This document shows positions 10,760-19,235 of a stretch of 64,000 nt of DNA, piece by piece. The notes beneath the pieces were generated by a model. It had not been told where the DNA came from and did not search any database. It saw only the letters and a program-made list of their open reading frames with translations. The stretch is from a bacterium. Its GTDB lineage: Bacteria; SAR324; NAC60-12. Location of the stretch: contig CBDBHR010000030.1 of NCBI GenBank assembly GCA_965205865.1, forward strand, positions 576,001 to 640,000. The letters run 5' to 3'. Position 1 is the first letter of the stretch. Each line of letters starts with the position of its first letter. Made by a program: the position numbers and the translations under genes.

Positions 10760-11187
10760 AGCTCGAATATTCACTTAACCTCACCCCACAAGAGGATGGC
10801 AGTTATCTGGTTTCTTTTCCTGATATTCCCGAAGCGCTTACGGATGGGAAAACAAGAGAAGACGCCTTATCAGCCGCATCAGATTGTCTCATCGCGGCTC
10901 TGGGGGGGTATATCAGTGAACGGCGTGATATCCCCAAGCCATCTTTTCCAGGGACCGGTCAAGCAACAATCATTGTTCCCCCATTGATCTCCGCGAAATT
11001 AGCACTTTATCAAGCGATGCGTGAATCCAATACTACACTCGTCACCTTGGGAAAAAGACTTGATTTGAGTGAAAGCGCCGTACGCCGTTTACTTGATCTT
11101 GACCATCGATCACATATCGGACAAGTCGATGCGGCTCTTTCCGCTTTGGGCAAACGATTGACTGTTGAAGTTCAAGACGCTGCTTAA
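10756..11187 (+). CDS. hicB: Type II TA antitoxin, HicB family
   Basis: YLVSFPDIPEALTDGKTREDAL, C-terminal HTH (RRLLDLDHRSHI). Confidence 0.9.
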   Translation: MKLEYSLNLTPQEDGSYLVSFPDIPEALTDGKTREDALSAASDCLIAALGGYISERRDIPKPSFPGTGQATIIVPPLISAKLALYQAMRESNTTLVTLGKRLDLSESAVRRLLDLDHRSHIGQVDAALSALGKRLTVEVQDAA

Positions 11188-11241
11188 CAGCCAGTACTTT
11201 GTCAACGTTATAGTGTCGAGTCTAAAGGGTTGAAAATCAGT

Positions 11242-11358
11242 AAAGCAAAAAGATTGCTCGATTGGGAACCGCGAGTGGATTTGCAAGAGGGGCTCATCAA
11301 AACGGTGGCCTGGTACCTGGAAAACCGCGCATGGGCCAAGGACCTGGTCACGCTTTAA
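11242..11358 (+). repeat. Epimerase 3' end, copy 2 (orphan gene tail)
   Basis: Encodes KAKRLLDWEPRVDLQEGLIKTVAWYLENRAWAKDLVTL*. Confidence 0.92.
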
Positions 11359-11448
11359 AAAACATATAGTTGACTTCACATTGGAATTCAATGTAGTACA
11401 TTGTAAAATTGTTTTTATAGACGAGAAAAATGCAGCGATAATAACAAC

Positions 11449-11521
11449 GTCTTTTCCACGAAAACAGAAATCCGGGGATTTAAGCTCCTTCCCTCCGGAT
11501 CCCCGCGTTCGCGAGGATGAC
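11449..11521. repeat. Degenerate GTCAT..GGATCC-type REP-like hairpin
   Basis: Right arm ggatccccgcgttcgcgaggatgac resembles the 17441 and 62464 copies; left arm decayed. Confidence 0.6.
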
Positions 11522-11587
11522 AATTGACAAATCTCGTAACTAAGATAACTGCGTAGTATTTTAAAACCATAAACGCGGAGAAAAGAC

Positions 11588-11837
11588 ATGGCGATAAATA
11601 CTGAATTATTGAAGCGTATCACCGTGCGTTCAGACGTCTTCGGTGGCAAACCCATTATTCGTGATATGCGCATGTCCGTGCAGCACATCCTGGGAATGCT
11701 TGCTGCAGGTGAAACCGCAGAAATGATCTTGGAGGAATACTCATTTTCTAGAGCCTGAAGATATCCAGGCATGCCTTATATACGCCCACCGTTCACTGGC
11801 TGGTGAACATGTACATGAGTTGGGTGCAGTACGCTGA
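11588..11837 (+). pseudogene. DUF433 family antitoxin, +1 frameshift
   Basis: RITVRSDVFGGKPIIRDMRMSVQHILGMLAAG..ILEEY, then (other frame) LEPEDIQACLIYA; extra T in a T run near 11745. Confidence 0.85.
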
Positions 11838-11898
11838 ACTCTATGAAATTTTTTCTCGACGTCTGCGCATCGTCTCGCAGTTTACGAGCAATGTTAAC

Positions 11899-12952
11899 GG
11901 CTCTATTTGCGTTTAGTATTGGTCACCCCAAAGCACAGTTGAGATAGGCCACCGGTGGGATTGAATTTCCCTGTTTTTCAAGGCATCGCCTCCATCCCAA
12001 GTAATTGGGGAGGTATTTTGTTGCAACCCCATTGAATCGGTGCATCCAGCCTTTTAATCGGCTGTCATATGCGTTGACATTTTGAATGTGATAGACCTTG
12101 TCCATGACCCTGCTCTCATTGGAGGCGATCAGCCGGACATGCGCGACTTTCTCAGTGTTCGCGAATGCCCGATAAGATTTGTTTCCCTCCGTGCAAAGGA
12201 CCGCATCCTGTGCCAAGACAGGCTTGAGCACTTTGGTGATCGAGACTTCGCTGAGGTCTTTCAGCACTTCGTCCGTCATCTCTCCGTGGCGATCCCTTGC
12301 GATCAGAACCGGGATTTGCTCTGCCTACAACCCCCGCTTCGTGGCCTTGCCGCCCCTTTTGCGAGCTCTGCGCTCCAGGTTCCGCGAACCTTTGAACGAC
12401 TCCAGGAAGAAGGTCTCGTCGGCCTCGACTATCCCCTTGAGGCTACTGTCCTTCTTGTCCCTCAACCCACGCAGGAATCGGTGACGCCACCGGAAACTGG
12501 TAGTGGTGTCGATCCCGCATTTTCTGGCCGCTTTGCGGATACTCAAGCCGTCAACCATCGCCTTGGAATACTCCAGCCACTTCTCCTTTTTCCGCAGGTG
12601 CGCCAAGGGAGTTCCAGTGGCTGCGTTGAAGGTCTTCCGGCAGCTTTTACAACGGTAGCGTTGCATCCCGTGTGATCTTCCCCACCTTTGAAATTGATTA
12701 TGCTTGCAATGGGGACAGTGCTCGTCCCCGCTGAAGCGCTTCTCGAGTGTCTCTACCACTGCCTCGCCTTCATCCTTGATTCGCAAAACATGGGACAGCT
12801 TCCTTTTTTGTGCCGGACTCAACTCCTCAAGACGTGAAAGATATTCTTTGAATTCAGTATGATCCATCTCCTTCTCCTATAAAAATTTAGCGGTTAAAGG
12901 AAACAGTATGACAGATGTAAAAAAACTATCAATATTAATCGCAAACAGAGCC
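11899..12952 (-). mobile_element. IS1595 family insertion sequence (1054 bp)
   Basis: 23-bp TIRs ggctctatttgcgtttagtattg / ggctctgtttgcgattaatattg; 8-bp TSD atgttaac at 11891-11898 and 12953-12960. Confidence 0.93.
11923..12867 (-). pseudogene. IS1595 transposase with in-frame TAG
   Basis: CPHC..RYRCKSC zinc ribbon, EADETFF, HIQNVNAY, GVATKYL; two ORFs in the same frame separated by a stop at 12325. Confidence 0.88.
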
Positions 12953-13339
12953 ATGTTAACCGACTTGGGTTACGACGTCATCTCGGGCTTGGAAATAGAT
13001 CCCCGAGCCTCTGATGAAGTGTTGCTTGGACTTGCAAACCAAGAAGAACGCGTGCTCATCACTGAAGTCAAAGACTTCGGTGAACTGGTCTATTTACGTC
13101 ACTAACCACATCCGTGCATCATTCGATTTGTCGATATGCGGGTTGATAGAGAAAACAGCCGCCATGAAAAAGCTGATTGAATGTCATTCGGATGCGATGA
13201 AAAAGGGCTCTATCATAGTAAGTGACACAGCGACGGGTAAGAATACGTCCCGGACGGCTAGCGTGTGAGGTGAAGATATGTTTGTTTTCCTGATCGACCA
13301 AGCCCAACCTGCGCTCATCACAGGACGCAGGTACTGATA

Positions 13340-13855
13340 ATGAAACCACGTCCTTTTTCCAACATCATTTTGATCGGGATGCCCGGGGCCGGGAAAAGTA
13401 CGATCGGGGTGATTCTTGCCAAACAAAGCGCGAGGGATTATGTGGACACGGACGTTTTGATTCAACTTGCGGAAAAGAAGTCGCTCCAGCAGATCCTGGA
13501 CGAAGCGGGATACATGGAGTTACGCCGGATTGAAGAGCGGGTTTTGCTGGAATTCGATTGCCGGAATCATATCATTGCCACGGGAGGGAGCGCGGTCTAT
13601 AGCGACGCGGCCATGCAACATCTGAAAGCAAACGGGATTGCAGTCTTTTTGCAGGTCGAACTGGAAGAATTGAAAAAACGCTTGATCGATATGGACACGC
13701 GAGGGATCGCTCAAAGACCGGGTCAGAGTTTTGCGGAGCTCTATCAAGAGCGACAACGTTTGTACCGGCGATATGCGGATCTCACCATTGATTGTACTCA
13801 CAAGGGACAGGAGCAAATTTCAATGGCGATCTGCGAGCAACTCAATCCACGTTGA
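13340..13855 (+). CDS. aroK: Shikimate kinase
   Basis: LIGMPGAGKST, DTD, IATGGS, ERQRLY. Confidence 0.92.
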   Translation: MKPRPFSNIILIGMPGAGKSTIGVILAKQSARDYVDTDVLIQLAEKKSLQQILDEAGYMELRRIEERVLLEFDCRNHIIATGGSAVYSDAAMQHLKANGIAVFLQVELEELKKRLIDMDTRGIAQRPGQSFAELYQERQRLYRRYADLTIDCTHKGQEQISMAICEQLNPR

Positions 13856-13861
13856 AAAACG

Positions 13862-15379
13862 CTACGCGCTACAAAGCGCCTGAACCAGACCCTCGATGTT
13901 TTGTTGCTCGGGAACGAGGGTAACCTCGAGTTGATACCGGCGGGCGGTTTGCGCAGTGATCTCACCAATACATGCAATGCGGGGAGTATGCTTTTTCAGA
14001 GCGATTCTCCCTGCCTCGGGGAGCAACTCGAAGAAATTCCTGACGGTGGAGGAACTGGTAAAAGTGATCCAGTCCAGTTCCCCGTTCTGCAGTAATCCGA
14101 CAAGCGGGTCCATGTCCACCACGGGGAGAACATTGCGGTAGACCGGGGTCGCATGGACGATGCCGCCCCATCGGGTCAGCGTTTGCTCCAGGATACCTCG
14201 TGACTCTTCTGCTCGTGGTAGCCAGACCTGTTGTCCCTGCCAGCAGAAAGGCCGCAGCGCGTCGATCAATCCCTCACTCTGAAAATGACGGGGAACCACG
14301 TCTGCGGTGAGAAAAAACTCTTCCAGATACCTGGCGCTGGAACCCCCCACGCAAGCAATCCGGCACGAGCCGAACACCCTGCCATCCATTCCCAACTCCC
14401 GCAAGCGTTCCATACTCCTTTCAATCCCGTTGATACTGCTGAAGACAACCCAATTCATTTCGCTCGAATTACCGGCAATGCGGTCGAATGCCTGCCAGGA
14501 TCGAGGAGCTTCCATCGAAATCGTGGGACAGGTCGTCACTCGAGCTCCTGCCGCGACCAGCTTTTCGGAGAGAGAAAAAGTCCCCGTTTCAGCCCGCGTG
14601 ACGAGGACGCGTTGGCCAAAAAGCGGTTGTTTTTCAAACCAATTGAAGCGCTCGTAAAACTGGCAGACCTCACCAATGACAGTCAGCAGCGGAGCCGTGA
14701 ATTGTCGATCGTTGACTTTTTGGACAATCGTTTCCAGAGTTCCCTGCACCGAACGTTGATGCGGCCAGGTTCCCCATTGGATTGCCGTGACCCGGGTGCG
14801 GGGATCGCGTCCCGCGGCAATCAGGCGTTCCATGACGTTCCTTAAAACCGTCAATCCCATCATGACGACGATGGTGCCGATCCGGGCGATCGCCTCCCAG
14901 GGAATCATGGTTTGCGGCTTGTCCGGATGTTCGGTGCCCGTTAAAAAAACGACGTTGGAACTGATGTCCCGGTGAGTGAGAGGAATGCCCGCATAGGCCG
15001 GTACGGCGACTGCTGAAGAAACGCCCGGTATCACTTCAAAGGGCAGATTGGCTTCAACGACTGAGGCCAATTCTTCTCCGCCTCTGCCAAATATGAAAGG
15101 ATCCCCTCCCTTCAGACGGACGACAATTTTATTTTCCAGGGCTTTTTGAACAATCAGTTCGTTGATATGCTGCTGAGAGATCGTGCGTTGGCCATGCCGT
15201 TTGCCTGCATCGATCAACTCCGCGCGAGGGGCATGTCGCAGGAGGAGGGGATTTGCGAGGAAATCGTAGATCACCACGTCCGCCTGCTGCAGAACTTCCC
15301 GCGCCTTGAGAGTGAGCAGACCGGGGTCGCCGGGACCGGCTCCAACCAAATATACTTTACTTCTGGAATGGGACATCAT
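13862..15379 (-). CDS. cobA: Uroporphyrinogen-III C-methyltransferase / synthase fusion (CobA-HemD)
   Basis: LVGAGPGDPGLLT, RLKGGDPFIFGRGGEE, VLVTR, FTSSSTV. Confidence 0.93.
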   Translation of the reverse strand: MMSHSRSKVYLVGAGPGDPGLLTLKAREVLQQADVVIYDFLANPLLLRHAPRAELIDAGKRHGQRTISQQHINELIVQKALENKIVVRLKGGDPFIFGRGGEELASVVEANLPFEVIPGVSSAVAVPAYAGIPLTHRDISSNVVFLTGTEHPDKPQTMIPWEAIARIGTIVVMMGLTVLRNVMERLIAAGRDPRTRVTAIQWGTWPHQRSVQGTLETIVQKVNDRQFTAPLLTVIGEVCQFYERFNWFEKQPLFGQRVLVTRAETGTFSLSEKLVAAGARVTTCPTISMEAPRSWQAFDRIAGNSSEMNWVVFSSINGIERSMERLRELGMDGRVFGSCRIACVGGSSARYLEEFFLTADVVPRHFQSEGLIDALRPFCWQGQQVWLPRAEESRGILEQTLTRWGGIVHATPVYRNVLPVVDMDPLVGLLQNGELDWITFTSSSTVRNFFELLPEAGRIALKKHTPRIACIGEITAQTARRYQLEVTLVPEQQNIEGLVQALCSA

Positions 15380-15466
15380 TAATACAAGTGAGATTGTGAG
15401 AGCGTTCGGCTATCAACGCTTTGATGATGAATAGTTGTCGTAAAAAATTAAAAACCCCCTCCCCTA

Positions 15467-16645
15467 GTGTGTCGCTCTTTTATTAATGTGTAAAAAAATC
15501 CTTGGTTTGCTATACTACGAGCTGTCCTTTTTTTTGCATATATGGAGACAGCATGAGAAAAGCACCAAGTATAAAACTGACCCGGGAAGAACGGGATGAA
15601 TTGGGCAAAACCGCACGCCGTCATACCGGAGCGATGCGAGACACTCGTCGTGCGCGCATCATCCTGTTGGCTGCTGATGGCCTTAAGAATCAAGAAATTG
15701 CCAAAACGCTTGGAACCAGCGGTAATGCCGTTGGAAAGTGGCGACGGCGCTTTGTTGAAAAAGGAATAACAGGTCTCAATGATGATCCGCGGCCTGGCAG
15801 GACACGCATTTATGGAGCGGATAAAATCGAGGAGATTGTGAAGAAAACCATTGAAGAGAAGCCTGAGGACCGTACCCATTGGAGCACGCGATCGATGGCC
15901 AAGGCAGTTGGCGTAGGCAAGACAACCGTCGGTAAAGTATGGAAGGCCCATCGCCTCAAGCCTCATCTGGAAAAAACATTTAAGTTGTCGCATGATAAGC
16001 ATTTCACTGCGAAACTGAAAGATGTCATCGGTTTGTACATGAATCCTCCTGAGAAAGCGCTGGTCTTGAGCGTCGATGAGAAATCACAAATCCAGGCACT
16101 CGATCGCACCCAGCCAGGTCTGCCACTGAAACCAGGGCGCAATGGCACCAGAACTCATGATTATATCCGTCATGGCACCTGCTGTCTGTTTACTGCTTTG
16201 AATACGCAGACAGGGGAAGTGCTCGCTCGCTGTGAAAAACGGCACCGACACCAAGAGTATCTGCGCTTCCTGCGTCTTATTGACAAGACTACCTCGAAGC
16301 AACTGCAGGTACACTTGATCCTGGACAATTACGCCACCCACAAACATCTTAAGGTGAAAGAATGGCTCAAAAAACACCCGCGATTTCACCCGCATTTCAT
16401 TCCTACTTCCTCCTCATGGCTGAACATGGTGGAACGCTTTTTTGGCAAGATCACTGCAGAACGGATTCGACGAGGCGCCTTCAAAAGCGTGCTCGAGTTG
16501 ACCGAAGCCATCCATAGTTACATCGAGACACACAATCGCAACCCAAAACCCTATGTCTGGACTAAAACTGCCGAAGAAATTATCAACAAACTCAAACCTG
16601 TCTACCAAATGACCAATAATACAATGTATTAAACAGGCAATACAC
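15467..16645 (+). mobile_element. IS630 family insertion sequence
   Basis: TA|gtgtgtcgc...gcaatacac|TA; imperfect TIRs with TA duplication. Confidence 0.88.
15553..16632 (+). CDS. IS630 family transposase
   Basis: PRPGR, THWSTRSMA, VDEKSQIQALDRTQP, ILDNYATH, SSWLNMVERFF. Confidence 0.95.
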   Translation: MRKAPSIKLTREERDELGKTARRHTGAMRDTRRARIILLAADGLKNQEIAKTLGTSGNAVGKWRRRFVEKGITGLNDDPRPGRTRIYGADKIEEIVKKTIEEKPEDRTHWSTRSMAKAVGVGKTTVGKVWKAHRLKPHLEKTFKLSHDKHFTAKLKDVIGLYMNPPEKALVLSVDEKSQIQALDRTQPGLPLKPGRNGTRTHDYIRHGTCCLFTALNTQTGEVLARCEKRHRHQEYLRFLRLIDKTTSKQLQVHLILDNYATHKHLKVKEWLKKHPRFHPHFIPTSSSWLNMVERFFGKITAERIRRGAFKSVLELTEAIHSYIETHNRNPKPYVWTKTAEEIINKLKPVYQMTNNTMY

Positions 16646-16647
16646 TA

Positions 16648-17113
16648 GCCCCTCCCTCGAGGGGAGGGGGATTCTTTTGACAAAATTTCCCGTCGCTGAC
16701 CTCTCCCTCGAGGGGAGGGGGATTCTTTTGACAAAATTTCCCGCCGCTAAGCTCTCCCTCGAGGGGCGGGGATTCATTTGAAATCGTTTACACTCATACA
16801 CCTTCCACAAATTACCCCTCCCCTAGCCCCTCCCTCGAGGGGAGGGGGATTCTTTTGAAATCGTTTGCACTCACGCACCTTCCACAAATTACCCCTCCCC
16901 TAGCCCCTCCCTCGAGGGGAGGGGGATTCTTTTGACAAAATTTCCCGCCGCTGACTTCTCCCTCAAGGGGAGGGGGATTCTTTTGACAAAATTTCCGCCG
17001 CTGACCCCTCCCTCGAGGGGAGGGGGATTCTTTTGACAAAATTTCCGCCGCTGACCCCTCCCTCGAGGGGAGGGGGATTCTTTTGAAATCGTTTACGCTC
17101 ATACACCTTCCAC
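16648..17113. repeat. Mosaic array of 8 palindromic cores (CTCCCTCGAGGGGAGGGGGATTCTTTTGA) with two linker types
   Basis: Linker order A-A-B-B-A-A-A-B'; A = caaaatttcc(c)gccgctgac, B = aatcgttt..caccttccacaaattacccctcccctag. Confidence 0.92.
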
Positions 17114-17314
17114 GACCTGCCGGTACGCCCGCCGGATTCCCAGGAGTAGCAATGCGTCTTGGCTGAGTCCATAGTGCCGGGCCAGCAATGCGTGGACGGT
17201 TTTGAAATCCTGCTCATGCGCTTTCTTTTGCTCAAAAATCACTTGCAGGTCATCAACGATATGTTGGTAACGTATTTTCCGAGGGGGAACGTTGGTGGTC
17301 AGTTTGCGCTTCAT
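17099..17314 (-). CDS. Hypothetical 71-aa protein
   Basis: ATG with upstream AGGGA, natural-looking composition; no family recognised. Confidence 0.5.
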   Translation of the reverse strand: MKRKLTTNVPPRKIRYQHIVDDLQVIFEQKKAHEQDFKTVHALLARHYGLSQDALLLLGIRRAYRQVVEGV

Positions 17315-17406
17315 CGATATTCCCTGATCAATTCAGGCATGCAATCACGGATGCAGGAAAATAACCAGATTCACATGGCTCGACAAGACAATTTATACGA
17401 AATCTT

Positions 17407-17558
17407 GGGCACCTTTCATTTTCCAGTTTACAACTCCCCTGTCATCTTCGCGAAGGCGGGGATCCATCTTCGTGAATAATACTGGATTCCTGCCTGCGCA
17501 GGAATGACAACAAAGGCGGCAAACTGTAAACTACTTTTTTCTATTTTTGAAGGGTCCC
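17407..17558. mobile_element. MITE-like element carrying a REP-like hairpin (17441-17508)
   Basis: 7-bp direct repeat aaatctt at 17400 and 17559; ends gggcacctttca / tgaagggtccc; inner agtttaca/tgtaaact and gtcatcttcgcgaaggcggggatcca..tggattcctgcctgcgcaggaatgac. Confidence 0.6.
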
Positions 17559-17689
17559 AAATCTTCATTAAAATGTCGAGTTCAAGCAAAGGAGTTCAGT
17601 TGGCCGGGACGAAACCCCGCCCTACCATAACGTCGTTTCCGCGAACGCGAAATTCAGGGGCTTGGGTATGGGTATTTTCTTAAAAAAAC

Positions 17690-17719
17690 TTGCAAAGCCA
17701 TCCTCTTCGAGGTTAATAT
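17690..17719 (+). promoter_or_regulatory. Putative sigma70 promoter of the tRNA operon
   Basis: TTGCAA-18 bp-TAATAT preceded by an A tract. Confidence 0.5.
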
Positions 17720-17778
17720 TGCCTTTCGTCAACAACCCTTCTTAAAACAGGGGACGGGAAGGCCCTCCGGCAGATCAG

Positions 17779-17864
17779 GGAGGGGTGGGTGAGTGGTTGA
17801 AACCGGCGGTCTTGAAAACCGTTGAACGCGAGTTCCGGGGGTTCGAATCCCTCCCCCTCCGCCA
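17779..17864 (+). tRNA. tRNA-Ser(TGA)
   Basis: GGAGGGG/CCCCTCC acceptor stem, loop CTTGAAA, long variable arm, GGTTCGAATCC, CCA. Confidence 0.95.
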
Positions 17865-17887
17865 GGGTTCCGGATCTTCCCTGACTT

Positions 17888-17977
17888 GGAGAGATGACTG
17901 AGAGGCCGAAAGTGGCAGATTGCTAATCTGTTGTACTCGCAAGGGTACCGAGGGTTCGAATCCCTCTCTCTCCGCCA
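17888..17977 (+). tRNA. tRNA-Ser(GCT)
   Basis: GGAGAGA/TCTCTCC acceptor stem, loop TTGCTAA, long variable arm, CCA. Confidence 0.95.
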
Positions 17978-17985
17978 CCTCGCAC

Positions 17986-18062
17986 GCGCTCGTAGCTCAG
18001 TTGGATAGAGCATCTGATTGCGGTTCAGAAGGTCGCAGGTTCGAATCCTGTCGGGCGCGCCA
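17986..18062 (+). tRNA. tRNA-Arg(GCG)
   Basis: GCGCTCG/CGGGCGC acceptor stem, anticodon arm TCTGA-TTGCGGT-TCAGA, GGTTCGAATCC, CCA. Confidence 0.92.
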
Positions 18063-18238
18063 CTCGATTCATCTCCACTACAACCGCTTTTGAGTCCAAT
18101 ATAACGGAAAACAAACTGTATTTTCAATAAGAAATTTTCCGTGTAAAGAGCAATGAAGGACCAGCGAAAGCGACCACCCGATAAAGTGCGCAGGCAGGCA
18201 TTCCCGCCGCGGTCGTCACCCTCGAGCAGGGAAGTATC

Positions 18239-19006
18239 GTGAACAAACTCACCGCCATCATTCCTACTTTCAATGAAGAACGGAATATCGAAGACGTTAT
18301 CAAATCGCTGTCTTTTGCCGACGAAATAATGGTCGTCGACTCCTTCAGTACCGACAGGACGATCGAGATTGCCCGCCGCTATACCGACTTTATTCTACAG
18401 CGGAAATACGAGAACAGCGCCTCACAAAAAAATTGGGCCATTCCACAAGCCAACTATGACTGGATCCTGCTGGTCGACGCGGATGAACGAGTGACCCCGC
18501 AATTGAGGGATGAAATCAGAAGCGTTTTAAGGAGTGACAGTGATCCTGTCGCATTTTGGATTGGACGCAGCAATTTTTTTATGGGGAAAAAAGTACGTTT
18601 CAGCGGTTGGCAGGGAGATGGCGTTATCAGGCTATTCAGGAGGGACGAGTGTCGCTATCAGAATAAACGGGTTCATGCTGAAATTGAAACAGACGGGAAA
18701 ATCGGGTTTCTTAAAAACAAATTGAATCATTATACTTATGCCGATCTCTCCCGGTACATAAAAAAATCAAATTATTATTCCACCTGGGGAGCATACGACA
18801 GGGTCGAAAAAGTAAAGAAGGTCACTTTATATCACTTGTTGATAAAGCCCGCGGCCCGATTCTCGAGACATTATGCGTTCAGACTGGGGTTTCTGGACGG
18901 CAGAGTAGGGTTCATTATCTCCGTACTCTCGGCTCAGCAAGTTTTTATGAGAAACCTCAAATTGTGGCGGATAAAAAATGGCGAAGAATTCGATAAAAGT
19001 AAATAA
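18239..19006 (+). CDS. Glycosyltransferase family 2 (LPS beta-1,4-glucosyltransferase-like)
   Basis: IIPTFNEE, VVDSFSTDRT, LVDADERV, RLGFLDG. Confidence 0.9.
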   Translation: MNKLTAIIPTFNEERNIEDVIKSLSFADEIMVVDSFSTDRTIEIARRYTDFILQRKYENSASQKNWAIPQANYDWILLVDADERVTPQLRDEIRSVLRSDSDPVAFWIGRSNFFMGKKVRFSGWQGDGVIRLFRRDECRYQNKRVHAEIETDGKIGFLKNKLNHYTYADLSRYIKKSNYYSTWGAYDRVEKVKKVTLYHLLIKPAARFSRHYAFRLGFLDGRVGFIISVLSAQQVFMRNLKLWRIKNGEEFDKSK

Positions 19007-19235
19007 TTCCGCAATCACCGAGAGCGTATAGGCGTCATCATATTTTTTTAAAAAATTCTTGATACTTCCAAAGTTGAGAGTAGCCTAACTTTTTTTCAAC
19101 ATAGAGTCGGTTGATCGTACCCGGCAATCCATGTGATTTCGATATTTGTTTGCTCTCTCGAGCTGCCGGTTCCATGAGAGTGAATCGAGAAAGGAGTCAC
19201 AATCTTTTAAATACATGCAACGAACAGGAGGAAGC

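Larger units (their letters stand above)
11843..13268 (+). pseudogene. DUF5615 family PIN-like toxin, split by IS1595
   Basis: MKFFLDVCASSRSLRAMLT | IS | DLGYDV..ASDEVLL..ERVLITEVKDFGELVY, then stop and frameshift. Confidence 0.8.

Noticed and set aside
10254-11358. DGR template/variable repeat pair
   Set aside because: Mismatches are not adenine-specific, many are synonymous, and no reverse transcriptase is present
11110-11772. 220-aa minus-strand ORF
   Set aside because: Antisense mosaic across hicB, the orphan tail, the REP and DUF433
12325-12327. Recoded TAG (pyrrolysine or readthrough) in the IS1595 transposase
   Set aside because: A simple nonsense change is sufficient; no pyl genes seen
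10370-13268. Integron cassette array
   Set aside because: No intI and no recognisable attC (RYYYAAC..GTTRRRY) sites between the modules
16648-17113. CRISPR array
   Set aside because: Spacers are reused (two types, unequal length) and no cas genes are in the window
16592-17235. Short ORFs across the repeat array
   Set aside because: Translations of non-coding repeats
17729-18127. Minus-strand ORFs over the tRNAs; tRNA att-site duplication
   Set aside because: Antisense to tRNA genes; no duplicated tRNA 3' end or integrase found
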